The position numbers and the translations under genes are program-made. A stretch of 64,000 nucleotides of DNA from contig OZ176056.1 in assembly GCA_964247055.1 (NCBI GenBank), positions 9,424,001 to 9,488,000 on the forward strand. The letters run 5' to 3'. Numbering within the stretch: the stretch's first letter is position 1; every line of letters starts with the position of its first letter. Below, piece by piece: positions 1 through 12,674 of the stretch. The notes under the pieces were generated by a model. The model was not told the DNA's origin. It saw only the letters and a program-made list of their open reading frames with translations, and did no database searches. This DNA comes from Paragordius varius (taxonomy: Eukaryota; Animalia; Nematomorpha).

Positions 1-22
1 ATATGATACCTAGATGTTTTAA

Positions 23-159
23 CATTTGGATACAACACAATCATTTTAGTTCTTCAAATTGGGGTAGTTGGATACCCCAAGCCTGTTTTAAATTAAATAT
101 TTTAATAATTATGGAAGGTATAGAAACCATGGCAAAATTTTGCACTTATATGACATTAA
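23..159 (+). mobile_element. piggyBac-type MITE (family A), 5' part of a host copy interrupted by a nested copy
   Basis: TTAA at 19-22, then CATTTGGATACAACAC...AAATTGGGGTAGTTGGATACCCC, matching the left end of other copies; sequence breaks at the internal ACATTAA (156-159). Confidence 0.8.
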
Positions 160-492
160 CACTTGGATAAAACACATTCGTTTTAGTCCTTCGATACAAA
201 TTGGGGTAGTTGGATTCCCCAGGCCTGTTAAAAATGAGATAATTTAAAAATTATGGAAGGAGTCGAAACCATGGCAAAATTTTGCAGTAATATAACATTG
301 ATAAACCGAAATATAAAAAAAAATTATTTAAAAATACTTGATATGACTTATTTTAAGCTAAAACCGAAAGGTGAAAATTTAGTCAATGTGACATGTGTGG
401 ATTGGCTAAATTTAAAAATAATACAAAATAAACCGCTTTTTCTGTTTATATCAATGTTAGATGTGATATAAATAAAAAAATAGCTTTTATTA
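160..492 (+). mobile_element. piggyBac-type MITE (family A), nested in copy 23-159, 3'-truncated at the Chapaev-like element
   Basis: TTAA 156-159, then CACTTGGATAAAACAC...; colinear with 39540-40122 up to ...GATGTGATATAAATAAAAAAATAGCTTT. Confidence 0.85.
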
Positions 493-1479
493 CACTGTGA
501 CACAACTTTTCTGGACTCGATTTTCTAAATATTTTCTGATTCCTTATAGTATTGTGATCAGATTTGCGTAAAAAAATTTTTTACTTACCCAGCTCGTTTT
601 CGAGTTATGGGACTTTTTTTCATATTTGGACATTTCCAAAATTTTCTTGTTTGTAAATATTTTTCAAATAATATGTGGCTTACATAAGTATTTTACAAGA
701 AATTACCAATTTATCTTCAAAATAAAAAAAAAATTTACTTAAAATATCCAATAGGGGCAAAAACTCTCAAAAATTGGGTAATTAACATTTTTTTACACAA
801 ATATTTTTTATCAATTTATTAAATCAAAACAAATATTATATGTTCTTGGATGTTAATAATGTTTATTTAAGTAAATATCACTTTGTAATAGCTTTGTGGA
901 CTTTTATTTTTAAAAATAAATTTAATTTTTACAGCTTTTTTGTTATTTTTTTTATGTAAAAAATAATTTAATTTACTCAGCTGTAAATACTAATTTCATT
1001 TTCTGAAATTTTTAAATTTTTACCATATATGAGATATGTTGATTCGTTAGTATGTTAAAATCTTATTATTTGTGATTGAATTCTGAATCGGAAAAATCGT
1101 CTACCTTTTGGATAAGAGAAGAACACACCTTGACACCATCAAATACATTTTATATATATATACTTTAGGGATATGGATGATTCCCTCTTTGTCAAGAGTG
1201 CAATCTAAAGAAGCTTATTACCCTGATGAAGTTTTATGATAGTCGGAAATGAATTCTTTTTTGATAAGAGTTAAGTCACCCATAAAATTTCAGTTGTTTA
1301 GGAGAACAGTACGTATGCCACAGTAAAATCAAAGATAAGTACCCTCATATACTAAATTATATTTCTAATAATATTTTAACCATATATTCTTATAAATTTT
1401 ATTTGGGTTATCGTCTCTTCGGTTAAATTATTGTTTTTTTGTCGTTAACGTTTTATTTAATTTAAACTATTGTCGCTTA

Positions 1480-1830
1480 TCAACAACTCTAATCAAACCT
1501 TTGTTTTTTGCTGATATGTGTTTATTTTTGAGCAATTTAAGTTAATGATATTTTACTCCAGCCTGTTGGGATCTATATTTAACTGATTGGTTTATTCTTC
1601 CTAGGCAATGTATGACATCGCCCAAGTATTTAAAATTATTTACCAATTCGATTTTGGCGTCTGCCATATAAAAGTATTTTATTGATTTCTTTCATACATT
1701 CTTATAAAAACAATATATCGATTTGCAAGTAGTTATATTACCATGACAAAGTACCCAATCGCAACAATTTGTATATCACATCAGCTAATAGATTAGCTTT
1801 CAATATGGACGACTGTGCAGAGAAAATTGG
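1480..1830 (-). pseudogene. non-LTR retrotransposon RT C-terminal relic inside the Chapaev-like element
   Basis: Minus-strand reading MADAKIELVNNFKYLGDVIHCLGRINQSVKYRSQQ...LLKNKHISAKNK contains the FKYLG thumb motif; stops present. Confidence 0.6.
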
Positions 1831-2164
1831 ATATGCCATATCTTATTAAAAACGTTGAAATAAAATATAATACCATTTATAAATGATTTCTTCATAATAT
1901 ATTGAACTATATGCAAATCCTAATTATAATCAGTTATTAGAGTGAATATTTAGAATATATTTTGGTGTACAGATGTTAAGACACGGATAATCTAATCTAG
2001 ACTTTAAATAAAGTAAATTAGGTGTAGAAAAAATAAAAAAATAATTTATTTATTCATATATATATAATCGCAAATTAAATTTATATTGTTTCGATAGGTT
2101 TTATTGAAGGGTTTTTTAAAAATACCGTTTTGAGAGGTGCAATTTTTTGATTAGGGATACCACC

Positions 2165-2597
2165 TCAGTTAGTGTCCTTTATATCTTGATGATAAAATTC
2201 CAAATCAGTATCATCCATCATATCAAATAAATCGATATGAATGGTTGGAGATGACGGTACGGGAAGGTCAATGGAATGATAAACAGGACGAATTGCACAG
2301 GAAAAGTTTGGATATTCGATAGGTTTTTTTGTTTTTTTTGGTAATGTTAAACAGAAAAAGTAACATTCAGAATGAGATTTTGGCTCTCGCCATATCATAG
2401 GGATAACCCAAGGGACTCCAGGTCCGGTTTTGTGGTACCATGTCCTAAACTAATGCTACATGTCCGAGATACGGTGTTCGGGGCCCAAATCTAGGTTCAC
2501 CCATATATAAAAAAATAGTTTTTTATGTAAGTGGTAATGTTTATACTATTAGTTTTTTTGTGTATTGTCCACATATATGGCAAACAATATTTTTATC
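2165..2597 (-). pseudogene. N-terminal relic of a Chapaev3-type transposase
   Basis: Frameshifted pieces VCHICGQYT / WAPNTVSRTCSISL / WYHKTGPGVPWVIPMIWREPKSHSECYFFC...IEYPNFSCAIRPVYHSIDLPVP match the Cys-rich FCYICG...WAPH..C..C...PMIWREP..H..DCYFC...YP....AIRPV.H...LPVP N-terminus of this family. Confidence 0.7.
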
Positions 2598-3947
2598 TAT
2601 CCTAAAATTATAAATATATATATATACTTGGGTAGTAATTATATTTTTTGTACATTTTGGGTATATAATAATATTTCTTGATGAAAAAACTGATTTGGAG
2701 TATATTTAAGTGTGGGAAATATTTAAAAATATCATATGAAATAAAGAATATATTATATAGAGCTGAGTAAATTAAATTATTTTTTACATAAAAAAATAAC
2801 AAAAAAGCTGTAAAAAATTAAATTTATTTTTAAAAATAAAAGTCCACAAAGCTATTACAAAGTGATATTTACTTAAACAAACATTATTAACATCCAAGAA
2901 CATATAATAAAGTTTGTTTTGATTTAATAAATTGATAAAAAATATTTGTGTAAAAAAATGTTAATTACCCAATTTTTGAGAGTTTTTGCCCCTATTGGAT
3001 ATTTTGAGTAAATTTTTTTTTATTTTGAAGATAAATTGGTAATTTCTTGTAAAATACTTATGTAAGCCACATATTATTTTAAAAATATTTACAAACAAGA
3101 AAATTTTGGAAATGTCCAAATATGAAAAAAAGTCCCATAACTCGAAAACGAGCTGGGTAAGTAAAAAAATTTTTTGCGCAAATCTGATCACACTATAAGG
3201 AATCAGAAAATATTTAGAAAATTGAGTCCAGAAAATTGACCCCATATTTTGTTGCACAGTGTTATTTAGTCATTAAAAAAATAATTAAAAATATGTCTTC
3301 TCTAAGGCGTATAATTATAAATTTATGAAAATGTATTAACACGAATTATTTCGCCTCTTGGTTTTATATTGCTAAGTTGCATAAAAAGTAAAATATTTTA
3401 ACCTTATATATTCTAACACTGGGTCTAAAACGGGGGTTAATAAAATAATCTGATGAAATACTAATATAATGATAGAAAACAGGTGCTCTCTCTCAGAAAA
3501 ATGAAGAATTGGCGCTATTTATATAAAAAAAATTATTGTAAAAAGCTTTATTCTAGCAAATATCCCTAAAATATAATGAACTACCTATATTTACGCTAAA
3601 CTTTATTTTAAAAAAAATTTTTAGCTGTGGGCTTAAAAGTCCTTAATTATGTTCTTAAAATGGGTATTTTATAAATGCCGGGTTGCACAATAAAAAATTA
3701 AAATATCTGCTAAATTTCAATAAAAACTAAAAATACTTACGCATACATTTTTAAAAATTTAATTGACAATTTGTTGAAGCTTATTTCTTACTATTTAACA
3801 AGATAAACGGTTCAAAAACGCTTTTAGATATTAAAAAACATTTTTTAAATATATGATGATGAACATTTCTATGGCTTCAGAATCTCAAATCTTGATATAT
3901 GTAAGAAAACGTTAAATATGCAAATATTCTAAAAAATTCTTCTTTAA

Positions 3948-4491
3948 CGCTTGGATACAACACATTCATTTCAGTCCTTCTATTCAAATTAAGGTAGTTG
4001 GATAACTCAGGCCTGTTTAAAATTAAATAATTCAAAATATATGGCATGAATCAAAACCATGGCAAAAATTTGTGTTCCTATAACATTAATGAACCAAAAT
4101 ATATAAAAAAATTCATTCAAAAATACATGATATCACTTATTTTTAAGGTGAAACCTTAAGGTATATATTTAGTTAACATGACATGTGTCTATTAGCTAAA
4201 TTATAAAATAATATAAAATAACCCACTTTTTCTGTTTATATTAATGTTAGATGTAAATTGAATAAAAAATTAGTTTGAATTTTAGCTTTAAAAATGTTTT
4301 CCAAAAATGATGTAAAATATGGCTCCATGTAGTTTGACATGAAACTTACGAAATTTTATTTAGTTTATTTAATTTAAATATTTTTTCTTAGGATAATAGC
4401 ATAAATTTAAATTAAGACCGTTTCATTCAGTAGTTTTTAAAAAATCAATTTTAGTCTTGGGTATTTAGATACCCCAATTTAAATCGAAGTG
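3948..4491 (+). mobile_element. piggyBac-type MITE (family A), diverged copy
   Basis: TTAA 3944-3947 then CGCTTGGATACAACAC; right end ...GATACCCCAATTTAAATCGAAGTG; right TTAA decayed. Confidence 0.85.
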
Positions 4492-4644
4492 TATGAATAG
4501 ACCCATGGGAAAATTAGTTTTAGTTTTTCACAATTTTATAAATAAAAAAGTAAAAACCAATGAAATTTAAAAACAAGACTATTTGGTCAATTATTTTTTA
4601 GATGTTAAGATCGCAAAAGTTTTGTACTAAATTGTTCTTAAGTT

Positions 4645-4910
4645 ACTCTTAAATTTAAATTATACGGACTAAACAAAAAAGCAAATATTTTTATATGTCA
4701 TTCAAACTTTTGTCTTGATTGAAAAACATTGTTTTAAACTGCAAAGTATTAATTACGAATAATTGGCAACACAATTAATCTATTTTACGATTGTAATTAA
4801 ATGATTTTTCCAGGATAAATTAAGGTTTAAAAAGTAAGGTTGCTGTCTTTTTAAAAAAATTTGTCTATATATTTTTAAGTTGTGTCCGTATAATTTTAAA
4901 TTTTTTACTT
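4645..4910. mobile_element. Tc1/mariner-type MITE (family F), degenerate
   Basis: Inverted TTATACGGAC (4660) and GTCCGTATAATT (4884) motifs shared with 40587-40852 and 50116-50376. Confidence 0.5.
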
Positions 4911-4975
4911 ATGCAAAATGCATCCGAAAGTGCATTTTATTAATATTGTAATTATCCATAATTTAGTTCTTTTAA

Positions 4976-6068
4976 CACTTCGATTCAAATTGGGGAGCTA
5001 AATATCCCAGACTATATTTAAATTTATATTTTTAATAAAATGGTCCCAATTTAAATTTATGCTTCTATCCTGATCAAAATTATATAAATAAGCCGAAATA
5101 CCTAAATAAAATTTGGTTTTGAAAAAAATTAAATATCAAACTACTTGAACGCCATTTTTATTTCAGTATTTTTGCAAAATATCGTGTTTATTTGATTTTA
5201 AGCTAAAATGAAAGCTAATTTTTTATTTAACACTTGGATACAACACATTCATTTTAGTCCTTCGATTCAAATTGGAGTAGTTAAATACCCAGCCTGTTTT
5301 AAATTAAATTCTTTTAAAAATTGGAAGGAATCGAAACCATGGCAAAATTTTGCACTTATATAACATTAATAAACCGAAATATATAAAAGAATTTATTCAA
5401 AAATACACATCACTTATTTTAAGCTAAAACCGAAAGGTAAAAATTTGGTCAACTTGATATGTGTGCAATAGTAAAATTGATAAATAATACAAAATAAACC
5501 GCTTTTTCTATATCTATCAATGTTGGATATAATTTTAATAAAAAATAGCCTTAATTTTACCCTTAAAATTAAATAAGACGATATTTTGCAAAAATTTTGT
5601 AAAACTAAAAATGGCGTCGAAGTTGTTTGACATGGAACTTTTTTTTCAAATCAAAATTTTATTTAGATATTTTGGCATATTTAAATAATTTTTATTAGGA
5701 TAGAAGCATAAATTTAAATTGGGACCGTTTCATTTGGTAGTTTTTTAAAAATACTAGCTCAAATTTAGTCTGGGGTATTTAGATACCCCTATTTAAATCG
5801 AAGTGTTAAATCACATCTAACAATGATAGAAAAAGAAAAAATGGTTTATTTTGTATTATTTATAATTTTACCATTTCACACATGTCACGTTGACGAAATT
5901 TTAACCTTTCGGTTTTAGCTTAAAATAAATAATATCAAGTATTTTTGAATAAGTTCTTTTTATATATTTTGGTTTATTAATGTTATAAATGTGCATAGTT
6001 TTGCCAAGGTTTCGATTCCTTCGATATTTTTTAATTATTTAATTTTAAACTGGCCTGGGTTTCCAATT
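4976..6068 (-). mobile_element. piggyBac-type MITE (family A), minus-strand host copy split by nested insertion 5231-5805
   Basis: TTAA 4972-4975 plus the reverse complement of the right end (CACTTCGATTCAAATTGGGG); 5810-6068 is the reverse complement of the left half; the two halves rejoin across the internal GATGTGAT-TTAA-ATAAAAAATTAGC site. Confidence 0.85.
5231..5805 (+). mobile_element. piggyBac-type MITE (family A), full-length 575 bp, nested
   Basis: TTAA at 5227-5230 and 5806-5809; ends CACTTGGATACAAC...AAATCGAAGTG. Confidence 0.92.
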
Positions 6069-6575
6069 TGTTTTGGTCTTTCCATGCTATTAGGTATCAG
6101 AAAATACAAAAAAATGGGGTGATTCAAAACCTAATTGAGTAGTATATATATATATATACTTATGTTTTTTTCATGCATAAAATCATGTGATTAAAAGCGG
6201 CAAGACATTCAAGGAGAGCAACATTATTTAAATTATTATATACTATAAATATATTTAAAAATTTGTTTATTTTTTGTAATTATTAATCTTTTTTTCTAAA
6301 TTTTTTTTTATTTGTATGCTAACTATTTAATTTAAAGAGTAATTAATTCATAATTCATCAAAAATTATTGTTATACATATTATCTTTTTTTTTCTACTCC
6401 TTGGTGCCTTATTATTTTATTTTTACTAGCTTAGCCAAATTTCCTTATTTTTTCCTTAATGTTTGCTATACAAAGTGAAATATTAATATTAAAAATTTAT
6501 CCAAATTGACAACATTTATAAAGATTACCTTTTATCTTTATTATCCTAGATATTTATTTTTTTATTTTTTTGTAA

Positions 6576-9456
6576 AGAGGGTAAGTGAGAGGGAAGGCAA
6601 TGGCAAACCACCCTCATTTTATTACTGCCAAAAAATAGTTTACTATTTGCAATTAACGCGACTTTTCAAAGTTGGATGCTGGAACGTAAGTTTATTAACA
6701 GAAACCAAACAGGTAATAATTGAAAAGGAAATGGAAAGATTGAACTTAGATATACTGGGTCTAACGGAAACCAAGCAAACAGGTAGTTCGAAAGTACAAA
6801 ACGAAAATTATACATTGTTAAGATCGGGGAGAGATGACCAGAAATCAGAAGGCGTTGCAGTATTAATAAAAAACAAATTAAATAAAAGTCTCATTAGTTA
6901 TTATACACCCAGAATCATGAGTATTAGGCTGAATGCCAAACCACTTAAATTTACATACATAGTAGTCTATGCTCCTACGTCAAACGCTCCCAAAGAAGAC
7001 ATAGAGGACTTTTATGCAACGTTGCAAATAGTTTTGGAGGAAACGAAGAAAGGAGATATGATTATCGTAGGAGGGGATTGGAACAGCAAAGTTGGTAGAG
7101 GTAGAGTAGATCAAATAGTCGGGCCATATGGATTGGGAGAACGAAACGAGACCGGGGAAGCACTGATCAATTTTTGTCAAGAAAATGAGATGATGATAAC
7201 CAACACATGATTTCCACAACATAATAGGAGATTATACACATGGACCTCTCCATGTGGTAAATATAAGAACCAAATTGATTACAAAATATGTCCTCAAAAA
7301 TGGAAAAGCTCTATACTCGACACCAAAACAATCAAAAGCAGCGATTGCTCTAGCGATCATGAGCTTTTAGTAACCAAAATCAATCTTAAAATAATTAAAA
7401 ATAAGGTTAAACAGACATACAATATGACACTTGGAACATTCCAAATAGTTTTAGAACAGAAACGAAAGATTGATTAGAAAGATTGGACAACGAACGTAGC
7501 TCAGAACAATTATGGGAAACGATAGAAAATGTTATTAATGAGGTGGCAAAAGAAAAAGTGCAGAGAGTAAAGAGAAAAGATAACAAATGGATATCAGAAA
7601 AGAGTTTAGAGATAGCAGAAAAGCGGAGAAAAGCTAAATCAAGAGGTGATAATAAAATGGTAAAATTATATAACAAAGAATTTTAACGACAAACAAGAAA
7701 GGATTATGAAGATTTTCTTAATAAACAATGTCTGTAAGTGGAATTAAATAACAAAAAAGGATTAATGCAACCAATGTTCCAGAAACTGAAGCAAATGACT
7801 CATAAACCTTTTATATCATCACAAAAGATTAAAAAAGAGAATGGCACCACATTGTGCAAACAAACAGAAGTACGAGAAAGATGGAAGGAATACACCCAAA
7901 AACTCTATCAGGCTCCTCAAGCAAAGGTGTTGCAATTAAAAGAAAAAGAAAGTGATCCAGATATATTAAGAGAGGAGGTTGAATTATCCTTAAAACAAAT
8001 TCCTAACAACAAAGCGATGGGATCAGACAATATCCCAATAGAGTTCATAAAAGCTATTCCCGTTGAAAAGTTACACCAGTTATGTCAAAAGGTGTGGGAA
8101 ACATGTGAGTGGCCAAACGACTGGACATCATCTGTATATCTCCCAATATATAAAAAAGGAGATGTACTCCAATGCGAGAATTATCGGAACATATCTCTTA
8201 TTAGCCACGCTAGTAAGGTCTTACTAAAAGTAATACAAAACAGAATGCACAGTATCATACAGACAGAAATACCAGAAAATCAAGCCGGATTTATGAAGGG
8301 AAAAAGCACAAGAGACCATATCTCAAACATGAGAAGGATAAAGGAAACATCAAAAGAGTTCCAGAAAGAATTATACATGTGTTTTATTGATTACAGACAA
8401 GCATTCGATTCAATAACTATGACTCCTTGTGGGAAACATTAAAGTTAGTAGGGGTATCGTCTCACTTAATAAGATTGATTAGCTCTCTGTATGTAAAACA
8501 AAGAGCGATTATTAGAACACCAGCGGGGACACAGACGAAATACCAATCTTGAAAGGAGTCAGACAAGGGTGTTGCTTATCCCCTTATCTGTTCAATATGT
8601 GCACAGAAATGATAATGAGGAAGTTGGATGGTAAAAATATTGGAGTAAGAATAGGAGGGAGAACAATCAATATAAGGTTTGCAGACGATACTACTCTTAT
8701 AGCTGAAAGTGCAAATGATTTGAAGGAATTGATTGAAGAGATTCGAAAGGAAAGTTTGAGGTATGGTCTTAGGCTTAATCCTAACAAAACCAAAATATTA
8801 TGTACAGGAAAAAAGCCTACAATTTTAATAGAAGGAGTAGAAATAAAAATAGTTAAACAGTTAACGTTTTTGGGCGCAATAATTTCAGAGGATGGGTCTT
8901 CAACTCCTGACATCAGAAAGAGAATAGGATTGGGTAGAGAAGCGATGATCAAATTAATAAAGATTTGGAAAAACAAAAGCGTAGGAGTTGAAACCAAAAA
9001 AAGATTACTCTACTGTTTCGTTCTCCCGGTCACCACATATGGATGTGAGATTTGGACTCTCAGAAAAAAGGACAAAGAAAGGCTCATGGCTTTTGAAAGG
9101 AGCTGCTGGCGTAGGATGCTAGGATACACATGGAAGGATGAAATTAAGAATGAAAATCTAACTACAGAAATAAAACCTAAAACAAACATCATGGAGATAA
9201 TTCTAAAAAGAAAGTTAACATATTTTGGACATGTCATGCGATCGAATTCTCTGGAGAAAGATACAATGTTTGGGAAGGTGAAGGGCAAAGGAAACGAGGC
9301 CAACCACCGATGAGGTGGTTGGATATGATAAAAGAAGAGACCAAAATGACACTGAAAGAGCTCAATATAGCGGTTAAAGATAAAAAAATGGAAAGAAATA
9401 GTTAAAACTATACCCAAAAAGTCGTTTACGACTTAGGAAAAACCAAACCACCAACC
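6576..9456 (+). mobile_element. RTE-clade LINE, near full length, APE endonuclease + reverse transcriptase, inactivated by stops and frameshifts
   Basis: APE motifs VGCWNV, SEGVAVLI, VYAPTS, GDWNSKVG, NQIDY, SDH; RT motifs QAGFMKGKSTRDHI, FIDYRQAFDS, GVRQGCCLSPYLFN, RFADD, TYGCEIW, YFGHVMR; 3' stem-loop AAGTCG-TTTA-CGACTT (9419-9434) and (AACC)-like tail; TGA at 7208, TAA at 7684 and 7735, frameshifts near 8430, 8530 and 9290. Confidence 0.95.
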
Positions 9457-9469
9457 ATGTCCTTGAAAC

Positions 9470-10237
9470 CAGAGTGTTAATTTTTTATTGTATTGTTTTT
9501 TGAATTATGTGAATTTTTTATTTTTAAAATCCTTTACATCCTTTTAAACCAATTAACAAATCTTCAGTTAAAAAAAGTAGAACCAGAAATGTTGTTCAGG
9601 GTTAAAATTTCCTGAACCCTTTTGAAACATGCTCCAATTTTTAAAAAAACCATTCTGGAACAGAAACAATGTAGGAACAGGAACCGGAACCAGTAAAATT
9701 ATTCAAGAACCGTTTTAACAGGTTCTGTTTTTTAATACATTATATCAAAGCTTTAAGTATTGTTTTGTTAGACTCTTAAATAATTGGAAAATATATTTGT
9801 ACCTTTTTTATTTGAATTCTTAAAATGACATTATTTTTGCAATTTATATAGGATATACAAACCAGTATGTGCAAGTGTTTCGAAGTACGAGTAAACAGCA
9901 AACGCTTCATGTGGATCATTAATGAAAGGATTATACAACTTAATTTAATTAAGCATGTAAAGTTGGTTTATTCAAAATTTACGGAAGATTACGGTATATT
10001 TTGTTTATAATTAGTAGTTCAACAAAAACAAACTTGAATTTACACTTACCATATTTGATAATATATGTTTACAGGTTTGGATATTTATCAAATATTTGAA
10101 TATATGATTGGAACAATTTTAAGACCGCTTTTATTCTACATTGGGTTCTAAACCCGAAAAAATGCGAGAACCGGAACCTTTAAATTTTGAAAAGTTTCCG
10201 AACCGGTTCTAAGTTTAAAATCGGGTTTACAGCCCTG
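9470..10237. mobile_element. putative hAT-like non-autonomous element rich in GAACCG/CGGTTC subterminal repeats (family E)
   Basis: Multiple GAACCGGAACC / GAACCGGTTC motifs; right end ...ACAGCCCTG; related shorter copies at 21314 and 27819; no TSD found and left boundary uncertain. Confidence 0.45.
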
Positions 10238-10657
10238 GTAAAAAACATTTGCGTGATAAGTTGATTTGAAACAATGGATTGATGCAAACATTTTGGGTTA
10301 ATCAATACATTGCTATGGAAAGGTAATGAGAGATAGTTTACCTATTTTAAACATTTGTTTCATAGGTGGAATGAAATCCCTCACCCTCCATAATGCTTCA
10401 TATTTGTTAAATGATTTTAATAATTTACTCCATAAATCCACGTTAACAAGTAAAGGATGTAGCTAATTATCGGCTATCCATAACTCATTGGAGCCTCAGT
10501 CCGGAAACATAGGGGTGTTCTAAGTTAGTATCTAAATAAATAAACAATCTTTATGTTCTTAATAAATCAGTGTGATTAAGCTATGTACATCTATAATATA
10601 TATATATATATGTTTTAAAATGCTAATTTTTTCGCATATAAAAGCAATGATTTAGAA

Positions 10658-12504
10658 CAGTGGTACTCACCAAAAAAATTTGACGGGCCAAATAAAATAT
10701 ATTATTTTTTCAAGGGCCATGAACCAGCGGCAAATAATCCATAGCTATTTGACACATATGCATATATTTATACTCTAAATCAGCACAACAAATTTTTTGC
10801 GGATCGCATGCAAATCCAGCTAAAAACTCGTTTCCCACCATTTAAAAAATTAAAATATGTTATTAACATTTATTTTGATATTAACCAATAATTTTTGACA
10901 AATTTGGTTTCGCCTGGCCAATCTTAATACGTGGTCCATATGATCATTGATGTGACTTCTGTATGTATTCTTGACATATTTCATTTTTGAATATGCCGCC
11001 CCCACGTGTAAATTGAAGGAACCACAATTAGATAACTTAAGCACATTTTCTTATATTATCACATTTATTTGGCACATCTTGCCAAAACTCTACATATCTT
11101 TCTTCCCCACGATTCTCCTTAAATATAGCCTCCTGACATTTTTAAAATCTTCGAATTCAATGATATGCGCCTGTCAAACCGAAATGCTCAGGTTGCTTAA
11201 TATTGGATATATCCATATGCCATGGATTTTCAACGAGTTTTAATTTTAATATTTCTTAATTCTGAACTTTATCTCATTAAAAAAATGTTAAATAATAACC
11301 TCCGCGGTAATGTGGTAAAGGTAGGCTAATAAAACCCACTGTTTGTCACTATTAATTTACTCGTCAAACTTTCTGTTATAATTTATAAATAATAGAATTT
11401 CATGCCTTAAACAAAAAATCTATTTAATACTTTGGTAAGGCTAAGCCATAGCACAGCGGTGTACAAATATAGTCAATTCACTGTGGATATCTTTCAGAAG
11501 GTTTTTGAATTTACAGCCGTTGAATTCTTTGCCACGGATGTGGTTAACTATATCCACAACCGTTTTAATTACTGAATTGAGTGATTCATCTTTTATACGC
11601 GAAACCAAGTTGCTGATGAATAAACCAGTAAAAGGTTAAAATATTTTGCAAATTATATGTGTTTTTTCAAAAGGGAAATAAATCTTTGCTCAATGATAGA
11701 GGGACACCCATCTGTGCACAAAACCAATTTTTTCATATATGCCATTAAAATAATGCTAATTATTTCTAGGAAAGTACTTCTTTTCGTGGTATTCTTCATT
11801 GGTAAAAATAAATACTCGTTGATTATTTTGTCGTTGCAAAATCTCACGAAAAGCTCACATTGAGATGTCTTTCCATATTGATTTTTTTATAATTATGTGG
11901 TCCTTATATATAAGGCAGGTAACAGCATTTTTTTCAAAACGACAAAAAAAATTTCTTCCTATTCTTTTATTAAAAAAGCGATTTCATCGGATAATTTACG
12001 TTTTTGATGTCATCCTTTTAATTGTTTAAATATTATGTGAATTTTTTCAAAAAATAGGAATATGATTTGTATGCTATAAAAAAACAAGACGAAATTTAAT
12101 GATGATGATTTGAAAAATATTTTATGGAAATCAGTATCAGAAAATGATGTAAGATAGCAATGAAAAGAATATGCAAGTTTAAGCGAAAGGCTTGCTTTAC
12201 AAAAAAGGAATGCAATAAAAATTAAAATAGAAAATAAAATAAAATACAGAAACAACGTGTGCCATAATTTTGAAATTATTTTAATCTAGGAAAATTTTTC
12301 TACATTTCAAATTAGGTAAAAAATAAAAATTACCAAAATTAAATATATAAAAAATAAATTAATATTAAAATACCCTAAAATTCGCTTATATGTATTTTAA
12401 AAATTCATCAAAAAAATAATTTATGTATCCATTTGGTCATAGGGCAATTTTAAAGCACTCTTAGGGCCGCATTCGGCCCGCGGGCCGCGGTTTGAGTATC
12501 AATG
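10658..12504 (-). mobile_element. hAT (Buster/Charlie-like) transposon, internally deleted, with transposase relic
   Basis: TIRs CAGTGGTACTCA / TGAGTATCAATG; perfect 8-bp TSD ATTTAGAA (10650-10657, 12505-12512); minus-strand relics LCTDGCPSI, VVDIVNHIRG, FWQDVPNK, YSKMKYVKNTYRSHINDHMDHVLRLA (hAT C-terminal dimerisation region). Confidence 0.9.
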
Positions 12505-12674
12505 ATTTAGAATGATATAATGTAAAATCAGCAAATTAATAATAAATTTATTAATGAATTTTCGTTAGATTTATCTAACTTTTTCGGATTAACATAGTTT
12601 TAAAGTAATCGTATAAAAAGCATTATAGTTCATAACCCTTAAAAAGATTTTAGGTGTAGGTGAGTGTTACTTAA

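Larger units (their letters stand above)
493..3261 (-). mobile_element. Chapaev3-like (CMC superfamily) DNA transposon, defective, with ~490-bp TIRs
   Basis: Near-identical inverted arms 493-982 and 2761-3261; termini CACTGTG...CACAGTG; TTA on both sides (490-492, 3262-3264); internal transposase relic. CAC..GTG ends with a 3-bp TWA TSD are recalled Chapaev3 hallmarks. Confidence 0.75.

Noticed and set aside
253-471. Short ORFs 253-471, 2961-3257, 13083-13271, 37189-37383, 47394-47621 as genes
   Set aside because: All lie inside MITE or TIR copies and have no protein motifs.
8584-9417. Minus-strand ORFs 8584-8997, 9010-9417, 6980-7222, 7407-7676
   Set aside because: Antisense shadows of the RTE coding region.
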